64,000 bases of DNA, from assembly GCA_023401925.1 (NCBI GenBank), contig JAEXDA010000029.1, positions 1 through 64,000 of the forward strand, read 5' to 3'. Made by a program: the position numbers and the translations under genes. The notes under the pieces are model-generated. The model worked only from the letters and a program-made list of their open reading frames with translations. It made no database searches and had not been told where the DNA came from. This document shows positions 19,449 through 30,039 of the stretch, one piece after another. The stretch is from Bacillota bacterium. GTDB taxonomy: Bacteria > Bacillota > UBA4882 > UBA8346. The stretch's first letter is position 1, and each line of letters begins with the position of its first letter.

Positions 19449-20726
19449 GTGCGAATCTTACACACATCCGATTGGCATCTCGGCCGTACTTTGGAAGGAC
19501 GAACGAGGCTCCCGGAGCAGGAACAGTTTATTGATGAATTGGTCGATATCGTCCGGCATGCGGAGGTCCAATTAATATTAATAGCCGGTGACGTCTATGA
19601 TACATATAATCCCCCGGCAGATGCCGAAAAGCTTTTTTTCGATGCCGTGGAACGGCTTTCGGATGGTGGAAAAAGAGCTATTGTAGCGATAGCCGGAAAT
19701 CATGACAGCCCGGAAAGGTTGCTCGCCGTCAGTCCTTTGGCGGTTAAACATGGGATTTCCCTTCTGGGGTATCCCGGGGAACAGCTGGCCGTTCATTCGG
19801 CATCCGGGGGGGTTCAGAGGATCTCTTCCGGATCAGGATGGTTGGAGCTTGGAATGCCCGGCTGTGAGGAAAAAGCCGTCATTTATGCCTTGCCTTATCC
19901 ATCCGAAGCCAGGCTGAACGAAGTGTTGGTAGAAACATTGGAAGAACGTTCACAGCAAATAGCCTATTCAGAGCGGGTAAGCCGGCTTTTTAGAGAAGCG
20001 GATCAAATATTCCGGCCCGATACGGTAAACCTGGCTATGGCCCATTTGTTCGCTTTCGGCGGGGTGGAAAGTGATTCGGAGAGGCAACTTGGTGGAGCTT
20101 TGGCCGTTTCACCGCAATCTATGCCAAAATCCGCACAGTATATTGGGTTAGGACATTTACATCGTCCGCAACAGTTACACACTGCGCCGGTTGCTACCCG
20201 CTACTCCGGTTCACCTCTTTCGTTCAGTTTTTCGGAAGCCGATCAACAAAAGGAAGTGGTTTTGGTTGATGTGATTCCGGGCGGTATGGCTCAGGTACAA
20301 TCGGTAAATTTGAATTGCGGCAAAGTATTGAAACGCTGGCGGGCCGGCAGCGTTGAAGAAGCATTTTCCTGGTGTGGAGAACCTAAAAATCAACTGGGCT
20401 GGGTTGATCTTGAAATCATGGTGGACAAGCCGATTGAGATGAACCAATTGGCGGAATTGCGGAAAGCTCATCCGGGACTCATTTTTATCCAGCCTGTTTT
20501 CCCTGAAACGGACGGAGAAAAGGCCGAAGCCCAAAATAAACATAAACTGGCGGATATGCCTTTGGTCGATCGGTTTAAGCTTTTTTATGAGCGGGAATAT
20601 GGTATCGCGCCGCCGGAAGATTTGGTCGGATTTTTTTTAGAAATGGTCAATCAACCGGAATCCGATAGTTCGAAAGTTTCTAGCTCCGGAAATCCTCCTA
20701 AACGGAACGGAGGTGAGGTGGCATGA
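19449..20726 (+). CDS. sbcD: Exonuclease SbcD (Mre11-family nuclease)
   Basis: ILHTSDWHLG...AGDVYD...GNHD calcineurin-like phosphoesterase motifs. GGAGG ribosome-binding site before the GTG at 19449. Stop overlaps the sbcC start. Confidence 0.85.
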   Translation: MRILHTSDWHLGRTLEGRTRLPEQEQFIDELVDIVRHAEVQLILIAGDVYDTYNPPADAEKLFFDAVERLSDGGKRAIVAIAGNHDSPERLLAVSPLAVKHGISLLGYPGEQLAVHSASGGVQRISSGSGWLELGMPGCEEKAVIYALPYPSEARLNEVLVETLEERSQQIAYSERVSRLFREADQIFRPDTVNLAMAHLFAFGGVESDSERQLGGALAVSPQSMPKSAQYIGLGHLHRPQQLHTAPVATRYSGSPLSFSFSEADQQKEVVLVDVIPGGMAQVQSVNLNCGKVLKRWRAGSVEEAFSWCGEPKNQLGWVDLEIMVDKPIEMNQLAELRKAHPGLIFIQPVFPETDGEKAEAQNKHKLADMPLVDRFKLFYEREYGIAPPEDLVGFFLEMVNQPESDSSKVSSSGNPPKRNGGEVA

Positions 20727-23700
20727 AGCCGATTAAACTTCAATTCTTCGGTCTTAACAGTTACCGGACCCTTCAGATTATTGACTTTGATCAGCTTGGG
20801 GCAGATGGTTTGTTTGGAATATTTGGTCCCACCGGTAGCGGCAAGTCATCAATATTGGATGCCATTACTCTGGCTTTATATGGAGTGGTTGAGCGGGCCA
20901 GTAACAATACCCGGGGGATTATTCATCAGCTTGATAATGCTTTGGAGGTTTCTTTTGAGTTTGAATTGGGAGATGGGCGTTATCTGGTTGAACGCCGCTA
21001 CGAAAGAAATCCCAAAGATCCGGAGTCTGTTGTAGCCAAACAAGCCCGTTTCCGAAGGTTGGACGTGAGTGGAACGGAAGTCATAGCCTCGAAACCTCAG
21101 GAAGTTAACGGCAAGGTTGAAGAGATTCTGGGCATTGGCAGAGCGGAATTTTCCCGCGCAGTAGTGCTCCCGCAGGGTAAATTTGATCAATTTTTGCATT
21201 TAACCGGTGCCGACCGGGCTGCTATGCTGGAACACCTCTTCAATTTGGAACAGTTCGGCGAAGAGTTGGTTCTAAAGGTCAAAAATGAAGCGGCCAATTG
21301 GAGTATGCAGCTGGAGAAATATGAAGGTATGGAGCAAGTTTTGGGGGACTGTTCCGAAGAAGCGGTCGAACAGGCTGTTTTAGTTTTTAAGAATAAGAAT
21401 CATCGGTATACAGGACTTCAGAAGGATTTTGAAGCGGCCGATCAAACCTATAAAGAAACTGAGACAGTCCGTGGATTAGATTTGAAACGGAAAATAGCAG
21501 TTGAAAGACTCAATCAACTGGAGCAAGCGAGCGAAAGAATCAATGGAAAGCAAACGCGTTTAAGTGATGCAGAACGGGCCGAATCATTGCGGGAACTTAT
21601 CTTGCGTCAAAAAGACTTGGATAAAAAGATCAAGGAAGAAGCTGATATCTATCAGCGTAAAAGCCATTCATATTCCGCTGCCGTTATCCAACACCGGGAT
21701 GCCCATGAAGAAATGGAAGTCGCTGAAAAACAATATAACCAACAATTGCCGGAGTTACAAGCCAGAAAGGTTAATTATCAAGGAGCCCAGGAAAAACAGA
21801 AAAAAATGAAAGAAATCCAAAAAAGTCTGGAGGAAAGAAACCGGGAACTGGCTGCAGTAGGGGAATTGATTGCTGTAACGTCTAAAGAAATTGCCGTCGG
21901 TAAAAATGATTTGGATGGTACCCGCAGCGCTTTGGAAGCTTTGCGGCAGGAACGGGCCAAATATCTTGTCAGTCCGGATGAGAAGGAATTAATCGAAAAG
22001 GCCCTCGATTCTCTGGTCCGCCTTGAAGAAAGCGAGAAACGCCATCAAGAGAGTAAGGACAATTACACCAGGCGGAAAACACAAAATGACTGCCAATGGG
22101 AAGCTATCGTTGATAAAGTACACCAAATGCTGCCGGAACAAGTCGTCCCGGTTGGAACCCATGTTGAAAATTATTCGAAACCGCTTTTGGATAAGGCTGA
22201 AAAAGATTTAAACGATGCCCGGAAGATGCAGCAAAGGGCTTTGATTATGAATTCAGCGGCAGAATTGGTTAAAGAATTGCATGACGGGGAGCCTTGTCCG
22301 GTGTGCGGATCCCGGGAACACCCTATTCCAGCCCAATCCATTGCAAGAATGGACGAAATGGAGATTACGATCGCTCAAGCGGAGAGCAGGCTTAAAGAGG
22401 TTCGGAACTGGGAGGGCCAACTTCTCAAGGGGTGGCATGATTGGGTTCTTCAAGATTCGCTGGTCAAGGAATCCAAAGAATCAATGGAGAAAACCCAAAA
22501 AGGATGGGAAAATGTTTTGGCGGAATTTGAAAATATCCGTGGCTCCTTTGACCGTCATCAACTCCGAGAACGCAAGCAGGAACTGGGAGATTTCGAAAAA
22601 CAATTGCACGCCGTCGACCGAAAATGGGAAACCATGCAGAAAACTCAGGAAGAAATCAATCGGGAATTGCAAAAGCTGAATGATTCGTTTCAGAGTAATA
22701 AAATACGGGAAGCCTCCGCTGGGGAATCCTTGAAAAATTACCAGTCCCAAATGGCGGAACTTCGGGATGAGCTTCATCAAATTACCGGCGGGAAAGATCT
22801 GGATGATTTAATCCGGTATATGGTGGAGACTTATCAGAAATTACAAAAAGCGGCAGAGGATACCAAACGCCGTGAAGGGGAAACCCGGTCATTCATGGAA
22901 CAAATTGCCCGGGAAGTTGCTGCACTCGAAGGGACATTAACAGCAAATCGCAAAGAACAGGACGAAGTGAATGAGCGTTTAGCCAAGAGACTGGAAACTG
23001 CGGGGTTCGTCGATGCGCTCCAAGCGGAATCGGCCTTATTAACTTCTGAGGAACGTTTAGCCATTGGGCGGGAAATTGAGGAATACCGGAACGTTTTGAT
23101 GATTGGCCGGGATGAACTGGAGAAGCTGGATCAAGAGATTGACGGCAGGGTCTTTGACGAAGCTTATTATGAACAGGTAAAGGCAGAGCGGCAAGGTTTA
23201 TTGGATGAATTGGAACGATCCAAGGAAGAGGTTACTTTAACCAAGAATAAAGTGGAGGAACTCCAAAAGAAACAGGAACAATGGAGGACCCTTCAACAGC
23301 AGAAAAAGGCGGCGCAAAAGCGGAAAAGCCTTTGTGAGGAACTGGGAAACCTGTTACGGGGGCGTAAGTTTATATCGTTTCTCGCTCAGGAGCACTTGCG
23401 GGATATGACCTTGGAGGCTTCCTTTCAACTGGGCCGGTTAACCGGACAAAGATATGCTTTGGAGCTTGCCAAGGAAAAAGATTGCGAGTTTGTGATCCGG
23501 GATGACTTTAACGGCGGGAACCGTCGGGCCATCAGTTCCCTGTCCGGGGGTGAAATCTTTATGACTTCTCTGGCTTTGGCCTTGGCGCTCTCTTCTAAGA
23601 TTCAATTACGGGGCAGTTATCCTTTGGGGTTTTTCTTTTTGGATGAAGGTTTTGGAACCCTGGATGAGGAAAAACTGGATAAAGTGATGAACGCCCTGGA

Positions 23701-23851
23701 AAAGTTGCACGATAAAAACCGGATCGTCGGTGTGATTAGTCATGTGCGGGAATTGAAAGAAAGACTTCCCCGGTATTTGGAAGTTGTGCCTTCTGGAGAG
23801 GACGGCAGCGGGAGCCGGATTCAGGGAGAAAAGGGCTGCTCTGGAACGTAA
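20723..23851 (+). CDS. sbcC: Exonuclease SbcC (SMC-like ABC ATPase with long coiled coils and a zinc hook CPVCG)
   Basis: Walker A FGPTGSGKSS. Central CPVCGSREHP hook. C-terminal LSGGE signature and Walker B FLDEGFGTLD. 1042 aa. Confidence 0.9.
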   Translation: MKPIKLQFFGLNSYRTLQIIDFDQLGADGLFGIFGPTGSGKSSILDAITLALYGVVERASNNTRGIIHQLDNALEVSFEFELGDGRYLVERRYERNPKDPESVVAKQARFRRLDVSGTEVIASKPQEVNGKVEEILGIGRAEFSRAVVLPQGKFDQFLHLTGADRAAMLEHLFNLEQFGEELVLKVKNEAANWSMQLEKYEGMEQVLGDCSEEAVEQAVLVFKNKNHRYTGLQKDFEAADQTYKETETVRGLDLKRKIAVERLNQLEQASERINGKQTRLSDAERAESLRELILRQKDLDKKIKEEADIYQRKSHSYSAAVIQHRDAHEEMEVAEKQYNQQLPELQARKVNYQGAQEKQKKMKEIQKSLEERNRELAAVGELIAVTSKEIAVGKNDLDGTRSALEALRQERAKYLVSPDEKELIEKALDSLVRLEESEKRHQESKDNYTRRKTQNDCQWEAIVDKVHQMLPEQVVPVGTHVENYSKPLLDKAEKDLNDARKMQQRALIMNSAAELVKELHDGEPCPVCGSREHPIPAQSIARMDEMEITIAQAESRLKEVRNWEGQLLKGWHDWVLQDSLVKESKESMEKTQKGWENVLAEFENIRGSFDRHQLRERKQELGDFEKQLHAVDRKWETMQKTQEEINRELQKLNDSFQSNKIREASAGESLKNYQSQMAELRDELHQITGGKDLDDLIRYMVETYQKLQKAAEDTKRREGETRSFMEQIAREVAALEGTLTANRKEQDEVNERLAKRLETAGFVDALQAESALLTSEERLAIGREIEEYRNVLMIGRDELEKLDQEIDGRVFDEAYYEQVKAERQGLLDELERSKEEVTLTKNKVEELQKKQEQWRTLQQQKKAAQKRKSLCEELGNLLRGRKFISFLAQEHLRDMTLEASFQLGRLTGQRYALELAKEKDCEFVIRDDFNGGNRRAISSLSGGEIFMTSLALALALSSKIQLRGSYPLGFFFLDEGFGTLDEEKLDKVMNALEKLHDKNRIVGVISHVRELKERLPRYLEVVPSGEDGSGSRIQGEKGCSGT

Positions 23852-23879
23852 ACTATTTTCTAAAAGGTGGATATGGATT

Positions 23880-24300
23880 TGAGGATTTACACTCCGGGAG
23901 AGAAAACCTCTAGAAAAGTCTCCGGTGTCGCGCTATCCCACGGGGAATGGAAGGAGGCTGCTTTTCATGAGCCCGTGATTTTTCACCATCCGGATCGCCT
24001 TTTTCTCAATCCCGGGATAGCGGAAAACATCGGTTTTTAATTCGATATTGAGCAATCAATTGATTTCTGCAATAGGTTCCAGCCCCTCTTGTAACTTGGG
24101 TATTCTTTCCTTGGCAAATCTCAAATCAAACCAACTGTCGGCGTCGAGTTCCCGCAATTCGGGCCGGGAAAAATCTTTAACAAACCCGTGACCGTTGGTG
24201 GTTCGGTCGACCTTTTCATCTTGGCAAACCACCACTTCGCCCTAGCTGTTTATAAAAGGGATTTTCCGGATGAGTGGCGCGCTACTATCCCTCCATGAAA
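23880..24300 (-). pseudogene. Degraded glycerophosphodiester phosphodiesterase (GDPD/UgpQ-like) gene remnant
   Basis: Minus-strand translation gives GEVVVCQDEKVDRTTNGHGFVKDFSRPELRELDADSWF...KERIPKLQEGLEPIAEIN, then in another frame LNIELKTDVFRYPGIEKKAIRMVKNHGLMKSS. These are GDPD hallmarks, but there is an in-frame TAG before the HD motif, a frameshift near 24050, the catalytic His is replaced (VCQDE) and the N-terminus is missing. Confidence 0.55.
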
Positions 24301-24519
24301 AAATAAGACTGTTAAGAGCGGATTCGTTTCTAAATGCTTGTTTTAAATATGTTAAATATTGAGTTACGGCGATTGTCCTATGAGTTGAAAAGAAAAAGGG
24401 TTGCTTTTGGTTAAAAATATAAAAAACTCAAGATTGATGTGATATAATTGCTATCAAGCGATAATTATGCGCCCGAAACCTGGACGCTTTTTATTTTGGG
24501 CTTGACTGGGAGACACAAT

Positions 24520-25902
24520 ATGGAACGAATGAAGCAATTATTTGTAGATTTGTTGGACGACCGGGATTTTTATCATAACATGTTGAAAATCGCCCTGCCG
24601 ATCATGATTCAAAATTTCATTTCCTCGTTTTTAAATATGGTGGCCACAATTATGGTCGGTGAACTGGGGGAGACCGCGATTGCCGCCGTGGGTATCGCCA
24701 ACCAGTATTTTTTCTTTTATAATATGTTTTTATTGGGAATAAGCGCAGGCTGCGGAGTGTTTATATCACAATTCTGGGGCCGGGGCGACCTGAAAAGCAT
24801 TAAAAAAATCATGGGCGTCGGACTGATTTCGGCGCTACTGTGCGCCGCTATCTTCATAGTGTTTGGTTTTCTTTTTCCGGGTATGATCATTGCGACTTTT
24901 AATCATGACCCGAAGGTGATCGCTTTGGGGATAAGTTATCTGCGGATGATATTGATTAGTTATCTGTTTACCGGAATCACCTTTATATTCAATTTTTCGC
25001 TGCGTTCTATCGGAAAAGCGATTCAACCGATGATTATAAGTGCCGTTGCGTTGGTTTTTGATATCTTCTTCAACTATGTATTCATTTTTGGGAAATTCGG
25101 AGTTCCCGCCATGGGTGTGGCCGGTTCGGCCCTGGGGACCGTCATCGCTAGAATCGTCGAAACCACGGGAGTGTTGCTCTACATTTATGGAACGAAAACG
25201 GCGTTGGCCGCTTCAGTCCGCGAATTGACGGATCTATCCCTGGAGTTTGTGAAGAAATCGTACCGGGTGATCGCTCCGGTGATCTTGAATGATATCTGCT
25301 GGGGCCTAGCAAGTCTGGTCTATGCGGCGGTTTATGGCAGGATGGGAACCCAGGCGATGGCGGCGATCCAGATTTGCAACACCGTCAATAATTTGTTTTT
25401 GGTGGCCATTTTCGGGGTTTCAAGCGCGGCTGCGGTGATGGTTGGTAACAGCATTGGCGCGGGGCAAGAAGACCTCGCCAAGACATATGCCAAGCGTTTT
25501 TCCTTGCTTTCGGTGGCGCTGGGAGCCGTTTTAGGAGTTTGTCTGGCTTTGGCAGCGCCATTGGTTCTGAGTGTTTTTAATGTTTCGGATACGGTCCGAA
25601 GCAGTTCCCGGATTATCCTGGACATTATATCGGGGATCTTTTTTATCCGGGTTCTGGGAGTCGTCTTGATCGTCGGCATTTTGCGGGGCGGCGGCGATGC
25701 CCGGCAGGCTTTCGTAATTGAGGGGTTTACCATGTGGTTTATCGGGGTGCCGTTAACGGTTTTAGGAGCTTTTGTTTTCAAGCTGCCGGTACATTGGGTC
25801 TATGGCTTGGCGGTTTTGGAGGAATTATCAAAATGCATTTTAGCCTTGGGGCGTTTGCGGTCCGGGCGCTGGCTCCGGAATGTGACCCGAAATATGGCGT
25901 GA
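24520..25902 (+). CDS. MATE-family efflux transporter
   Basis: 12 predicted transmembrane helices and the MATE N-terminal signature (IALPIMIQNFISSFLNMV). GGGAGA ribosome-binding site before the ATG at 24520. Confidence 0.85.
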   Translation: MERMKQLFVDLLDDRDFYHNMLKIALPIMIQNFISSFLNMVATIMVGELGETAIAAVGIANQYFFFYNMFLLGISAGCGVFISQFWGRGDLKSIKKIMGVGLISALLCAAIFIVFGFLFPGMIIATFNHDPKVIALGISYLRMILISYLFTGITFIFNFSLRSIGKAIQPMIISAVALVFDIFFNYVFIFGKFGVPAMGVAGSALGTVIARIVETTGVLLYIYGTKTALAASVRELTDLSLEFVKKSYRVIAPVILNDICWGLASLVYAAVYGRMGTQAMAAIQICNTVNNLFLVAIFGVSSAAAVMVGNSIGAGQEDLAKTYAKRFSLLSVALGAVLGVCLALAAPLVLSVFNVSDTVRSSSRIILDIISGIFFIRVLGVVLIVGILRGGGDARQAFVIEGFTMWFIGVPLTVLGAFVFKLPVHWVYGLAVLEELSKCILALGRLRSGRWLRNVTRNMA

Positions 25903-25936
25903 GATCCGAATAAGAATTCATGGGATAGGCAAAGTT

Positions 25937-27184
25937 TCAAAACTTTTTTCCTCTCCGGAAATAGCCGACCGGCCCGGTTTTTGGATCACGGCTTCGTGAT
26001 TGGGGTCGTACTGCCGTTTCCTGATCCGTCAAGGGTTTGGTTTGTTTTAACGAATAAGGATGCTCCTCCACCACCGGAATTGCCTTGGCGATTAGCTTGT
26101 GGATGCTTTTAAGGTAATCTTTTTCTTCGCTGTCACAAAAGGAGATGGCAACCCCGCTTTGACCGGCCCTGCCGGTCCGGCCGATTCGATGTACATAGGT
26201 CTCCGGGATATTCGGCAATTCAAAGTTAATCACATGGGATAGTTCCTCAATGTCGATGCCCCGGGCCGCAATGTCGGTGGCCACCAAAACCCGGATTTGC
26301 CTTGATTTAAAATCATGTAAAGCCCGTTGCCTGGCATTTTGCGATTTGTCACCATGAATCGACTCCGCTTTGATCCCTGCTTTATTCAGCACCCGGGCTA
26401 CTTTATCAGCCCCGTATTTGGTTCGGGTAAATACTAGAGCCGTAGAGATGGCTGAATCCGTTAATAAATGAATCAGCAGGGCGCGTTTGTCTTCCCGCGC
26501 TACATAATAGACAAACTGTTCGGTAGCATCGACTGTGGAAGACACAGGAGCAACCGCCACTTTTTTCGGATTGACCAGAATCGTGTCCGCCAGTTTGGCG
26601 ATTTCCGGAGGCATGGTGGCGGAAAACAGCAAAGTTTGTCGCTTCTGCACCGGAAGAAGGGCAATAATCTTTTTAACATCGTGGATAAAGCCCATATCCA
26701 ACATCCGATCCGCTTCGTCGAGGACGAAGAGTTCGATGTGATGGAGATTGATGAATTTTTGGTTGACCAGGTCCAAGAGACGTCCGGGGGTGGCCACTAA
26801 AATATCGACGCCTCTTTTTAAAGAATCGGTTTGCGTCTTTTGAGGGACTCCACCGAAAATCACGCTATGACGCAATCCGGTGTGCCGGCCATAGGCCCCG
26901 ATACTTTCATCGATTTGGAGGGCCAGTTCCCGGGTAGGCGTAAGAATGAGCGCCCGAATATGGGAAGGTCCTTTCCGGGTCGGGGATCGATGATGTAAAA
27001 TCTGTAAGATTGGAATGGCAAAAGCCGCTGTTTTTCCGGTGCCCGTTTGGGCGCATCCCAGCAAATCACTTTCCGCAAGGATGATGGGAATGGCTTTTTC
27101 CTGGATGGGGGTTGGATTCTGGTATCCCTCTGTTTGTAAAGCTTTTAAAATCGGTGATATCAAGCCTAAATCTTCGAAGGTCAT
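25937..27184 (-). CDS. DEAD-box ATP-dependent RNA helicase
   Basis: Q-motif, [21 protein letters not shown] and HRIGRTGR motifs all present. Confidence 0.9.
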   Translation of the reverse strand: MTFEDLGLISPILKALQTEGYQNPTPIQEKAIPIILAESDLLGCAQTGTGKTAAFAIPILQILHHRSPTRKGPSHIRALILTPTRELALQIDESIGAYGRHTGLRHSVIFGGVPQKTQTDSLKRGVDILVATPGRLLDLVNQKFINLHHIELFVLDEADRMLDMGFIHDVKKIIALLPVQKRQTLLFSATMPPEIAKLADTILVNPKKVAVAPVSSTVDATEQFVYYVAREDKRALLIHLLTDSAISTALVFTRTKYGADKVARVLNKAGIKAESIHGDKSQNARQRALHDFKSRQIRVLVATDIAARGIDIEELSHVINFELPNIPETYVHRIGRTGRAGQSGVAISFCDSEEKDYLKSIHKLIAKAIPVVEEHPYSLKQTKPLTDQETAVRPQSRSRDPKTGPVGYFRRGKKF

Positions 27185-27646
27185 AAGGTCTCCTTATTCA
27201 GCTTTGACTACCTGTCAAGCTGCAAAAAATCTATGGACGATACTCAATGGTTCTGCCAAAGGGTTTATTGTAACCAATTTATTTATTATAGCATAACTTT
27301 CGAAGGGATCAACCATAAATGCCTTTATAAACTATCCTTTGAATAAAATTTAATTCGGTTTTATGGACTGAATCGACCAAATTCTCCCCAGGGTGGCGTG
27401 GATACTATAGATCCAAAGCCCCCGGCAGAATTGCGGCTCATTCCCAAAAGAGCCTGCCATTTATAAGTTAAATCGCCAAATTGCGAAAGACGAGAGATTT
27501 GGAGCGGTTCTGCGGTATGTTTGCATAGATTGATATAGCAAAATATGTATAATTTGTTGGCTAATTGAACAGATAAAAACCATTTTTCAACTAATCTTGC
27601 TTGACATTTGAATGGGATCGCCGTAAACTGTAAGCGAGGTGGAATA

Positions 27647-28498
27647 ATGCAAGATATCACCTATGGTTTTGACCACATCAAGCAACCTTTATTCATTTGG
27701 AAAGAACGCTTTCAAGTTCCTCGGAACATGATGAGCAATCATTATCATGACGCTTATGAAATCTATTATTTGCTCGAAGGCGAAAGGGATTACTTCATCA
27801 AAGGCCGTACTTATCATATTCAAAAAGGCGATTTGATACTGATCGATGTCAATGAATTGCATAAAACCATGGATGTATCGGTTCATGAGCGTATTTTGCT
27901 GAATTTCAGGCGGGACTTTTTGCCTGATGCGTTTCAGAATACCTTGCCAAACGATCTTTTTGCCTGTTTTCATCAAGATAGCAACCTATTGCGGCTCAAT
28001 GCTTCAGAACAGGATTTCGTAAGCCGTTTACTATTCAAAATGTTGGCCGAGAATGAAGCGCCGCGGCCCGATTCGAAGCTTTATCTGCAAGTACTCCTGG
28101 CTGAATTGTTGATTTTTTTAAATCGCCAACTGGCTCAGAAATCAACCGGGACTTTTTCTTTTCCCAATCCGATTCATCAAAAAATATCGGAAATTGTAGA
28201 ATACATTACTGTCAATTTTCAGCAAGATATAACCTTGGGAGGAATCTCGGAACGTTTTGGAATCAGTAAATATTACTTGTCACGAATGTTTAAAGAGGTC
28301 ACCGGATTTACACTCATTGAATATCTCAACGGCATCCGGACCAAACAGGCTCAAAAAATGCTGCGGACAACCGCTTTAAATGTCACTGCTATCTCTGAAA
28401 ACGTTGGTTTTGATAGTATCACTCATTTTGGGAGAGTGTTTAAAACAATAACTGGATCTTCACCGCTCCAGTATCGGAAAACGGTTCGGAAAAGCTAA
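27647..28498 (+). CDS. AraC-family transcriptional regulator (cupin sensor plus helix-turn-helix), likely regulator of the adjacent hexuronate operon
   Basis: C-terminal AraC helix-turn-helix (ISERFGISKYYLSRMFKEVTG...TAISENVGFDSITHFGRVFK). Ribosome-binding site GAGGTGG before the ATG at 27647. Confidence 0.8.
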   Translation: MQDITYGFDHIKQPLFIWKERFQVPRNMMSNHYHDAYEIYYLLEGERDYFIKGRTYHIQKGDLILIDVNELHKTMDVSVHERILLNFRRDFLPDAFQNTLPNDLFACFHQDSNLLRLNASEQDFVSRLLFKMLAENEAPRPDSKLYLQVLLAELLIFLNRQLAQKSTGTFSFPNPIHQKISEIVEYITVNFQQDITLGGISERFGISKYYLSRMFKEVTGFTLIEYLNGIRTKQAQKMLRTTALNVTAISENVGFDSITHFGRVFKTITGSSPLQYRKTVRKS

Positions 28499-28588
28499 GA
28501 CTTGGAATCGCTCGACCAAACTTGTCTATGACCAAATTTGTGAATTTGGTTGTAATAGAAACAGCGTAAAAAAAGGAGGAATGTTGGA

Positions 28589-29998
28589 TTGAAATCGTTT
28601 ATGGATCAAGATTTCCTGCTCCAAAATAAGACTGCCGCCGAGCTTTATCATCAGTATGCAAAGCCAATGCCGATCTTCGATTTTCATTGTCATTTAAGCC
28701 CCAAAGAAATTGCGGAGAATAAACAATACCGTAATATCACCGAGCTTTGGCTAGGCGGCGACCATTACAAATGGCGCGCCATGCGCAGCAATGGTGTGGC
28801 TGAACGTTTTATCACCGGAGAGGCAAGTGATGAAGAGAAATTTCAAAAATGGGCTGAAACGATGGTTTGCTGTATCGGCAACCCTCTTTACCATTGGACT
28901 CATTTGGAATTGCGAAGATATTTTGGAATTGATGAGCTTTTATCGCCGAAAACGGCGCAGGGGATTTGGGAGAAATGCAATCAATTATTGAAAGAAGAAG
29001 GCTTTACCGCTCAAGGATTGATCGTCCGTTCCAATGTGAAAGCGATTTGCACCACCGATGATCCGGTTGATTCGTTGGAATACCACCAAGTCTTGGCCAA
29101 TAACAAAAATTTTCCGGTGAAGGTGGCGCCGGCGCTCAGACCTGATAAAGGCATTCATATTGAAAGAGCGGATTTTTTACCCTGGCTCGCTAAACTTGGT
29201 GAAACCGTCCATTCCACGATTACCAATTTGGATGATTTAAAAAACGCCCTTCGCAAGCGGCTGCAATTTTTCCATCAAGCCGGGTGCCGGCTTTCCGACC
29301 ACGCTTTGGACCCTATCCGTTTTCAAGAGGCATCCGATGGAGAAATTGATTTGATCCTCAAGAAAATGCTCCATCATGAAAATTTAACCCAAACGGAAGT
29401 CGAAAAATATCAAACCGGGATGTTGCTCTTTTTAGGAAGGGAATATTCGCGGCTTGGGTGGACTATGCAACTGCATATGGGGGTTATTCGTAACAACAAC
29501 CGGAAGATGATGAGCCTACTGGGTCCCGATACCGGGTTTGACACCATTGGCGATGAATCCTATGCCAAAGATTTGGCGCAATTCCTAAATGCCCTGGATC
29601 AAACGGATGAATTACCTAAAACGATTCTTTATTGCATTAATCCACGTGATAATGAAGTGATTGGGACGATGCTTGGGTGTTTTCAAGGCAGCGAAGCTCC
29701 GGGAAAGGTGCAATTTGGTTCCGGATGGTGGTTTAATGATCAGAAAGACGGCATGAACCGTCAAATGATCGCTTTAGCCAATTTAGGACTTCTATCCCGG
29801 TTTGTGGGGATGGTCACGGATTCCCGCAGTTTCCTTTCCTATACCAGACATGAGTATTTCCGGAGAATTCTTTGCAATCTCCTGGGAGAATGGGTGGAAA
29901 ACGGTGAAGCGCCAAATGATCTTCCATTGCTCGGAAAAATGGTGCAAGATATTTGTTATCATAATGCCAAAAACTATTTCACAGGGATTATTGACTAG
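28589..29998 (+). CDS. uxaC: Glucuronate isomerase
   Basis: FLLQNKTAAELYHQYAKPMPIFDFHCHLSPKEIAEN is the classic UxaC N-terminus. 469 aa. Confidence 0.9.
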   Translation: MKSFMDQDFLLQNKTAAELYHQYAKPMPIFDFHCHLSPKEIAENKQYRNITELWLGGDHYKWRAMRSNGVAERFITGEASDEEKFQKWAETMVCCIGNPLYHWTHLELRRYFGIDELLSPKTAQGIWEKCNQLLKEEGFTAQGLIVRSNVKAICTTDDPVDSLEYHQVLANNKNFPVKVAPALRPDKGIHIERADFLPWLAKLGETVHSTITNLDDLKNALRKRLQFFHQAGCRLSDHALDPIRFQEASDGEIDLILKKMLHHENLTQTEVEKYQTGMLLFLGREYSRLGWTMQLHMGVIRNNNRKMMSLLGPDTGFDTIGDESYAKDLAQFLNALDQTDELPKTILYCINPRDNEVIGTMLGCFQGSEAPGKVQFGSGWWFNDQKDGMNRQMIALANLGLLSRFVGMVTDSRSFLSYTRHEYFRRILCNLLGEWVENGEAPNDLPLLGKMVQDICYHNAKNYFTGIID

Positions 29999-30039
29999 CA
30001 TTTATACATAATTTTTTAGGCAAAATAGGAGCTAACTTC

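Noticed and set aside
19413-23851. sbcDC as a possible anti-phage defence island marker
   Set aside because: Standard housekeeping SbcCD. The flanking genes are metabolic (Fe-ADH, MATE transporter), with no toxin, nuclease-helicase or methyltransferase partners.
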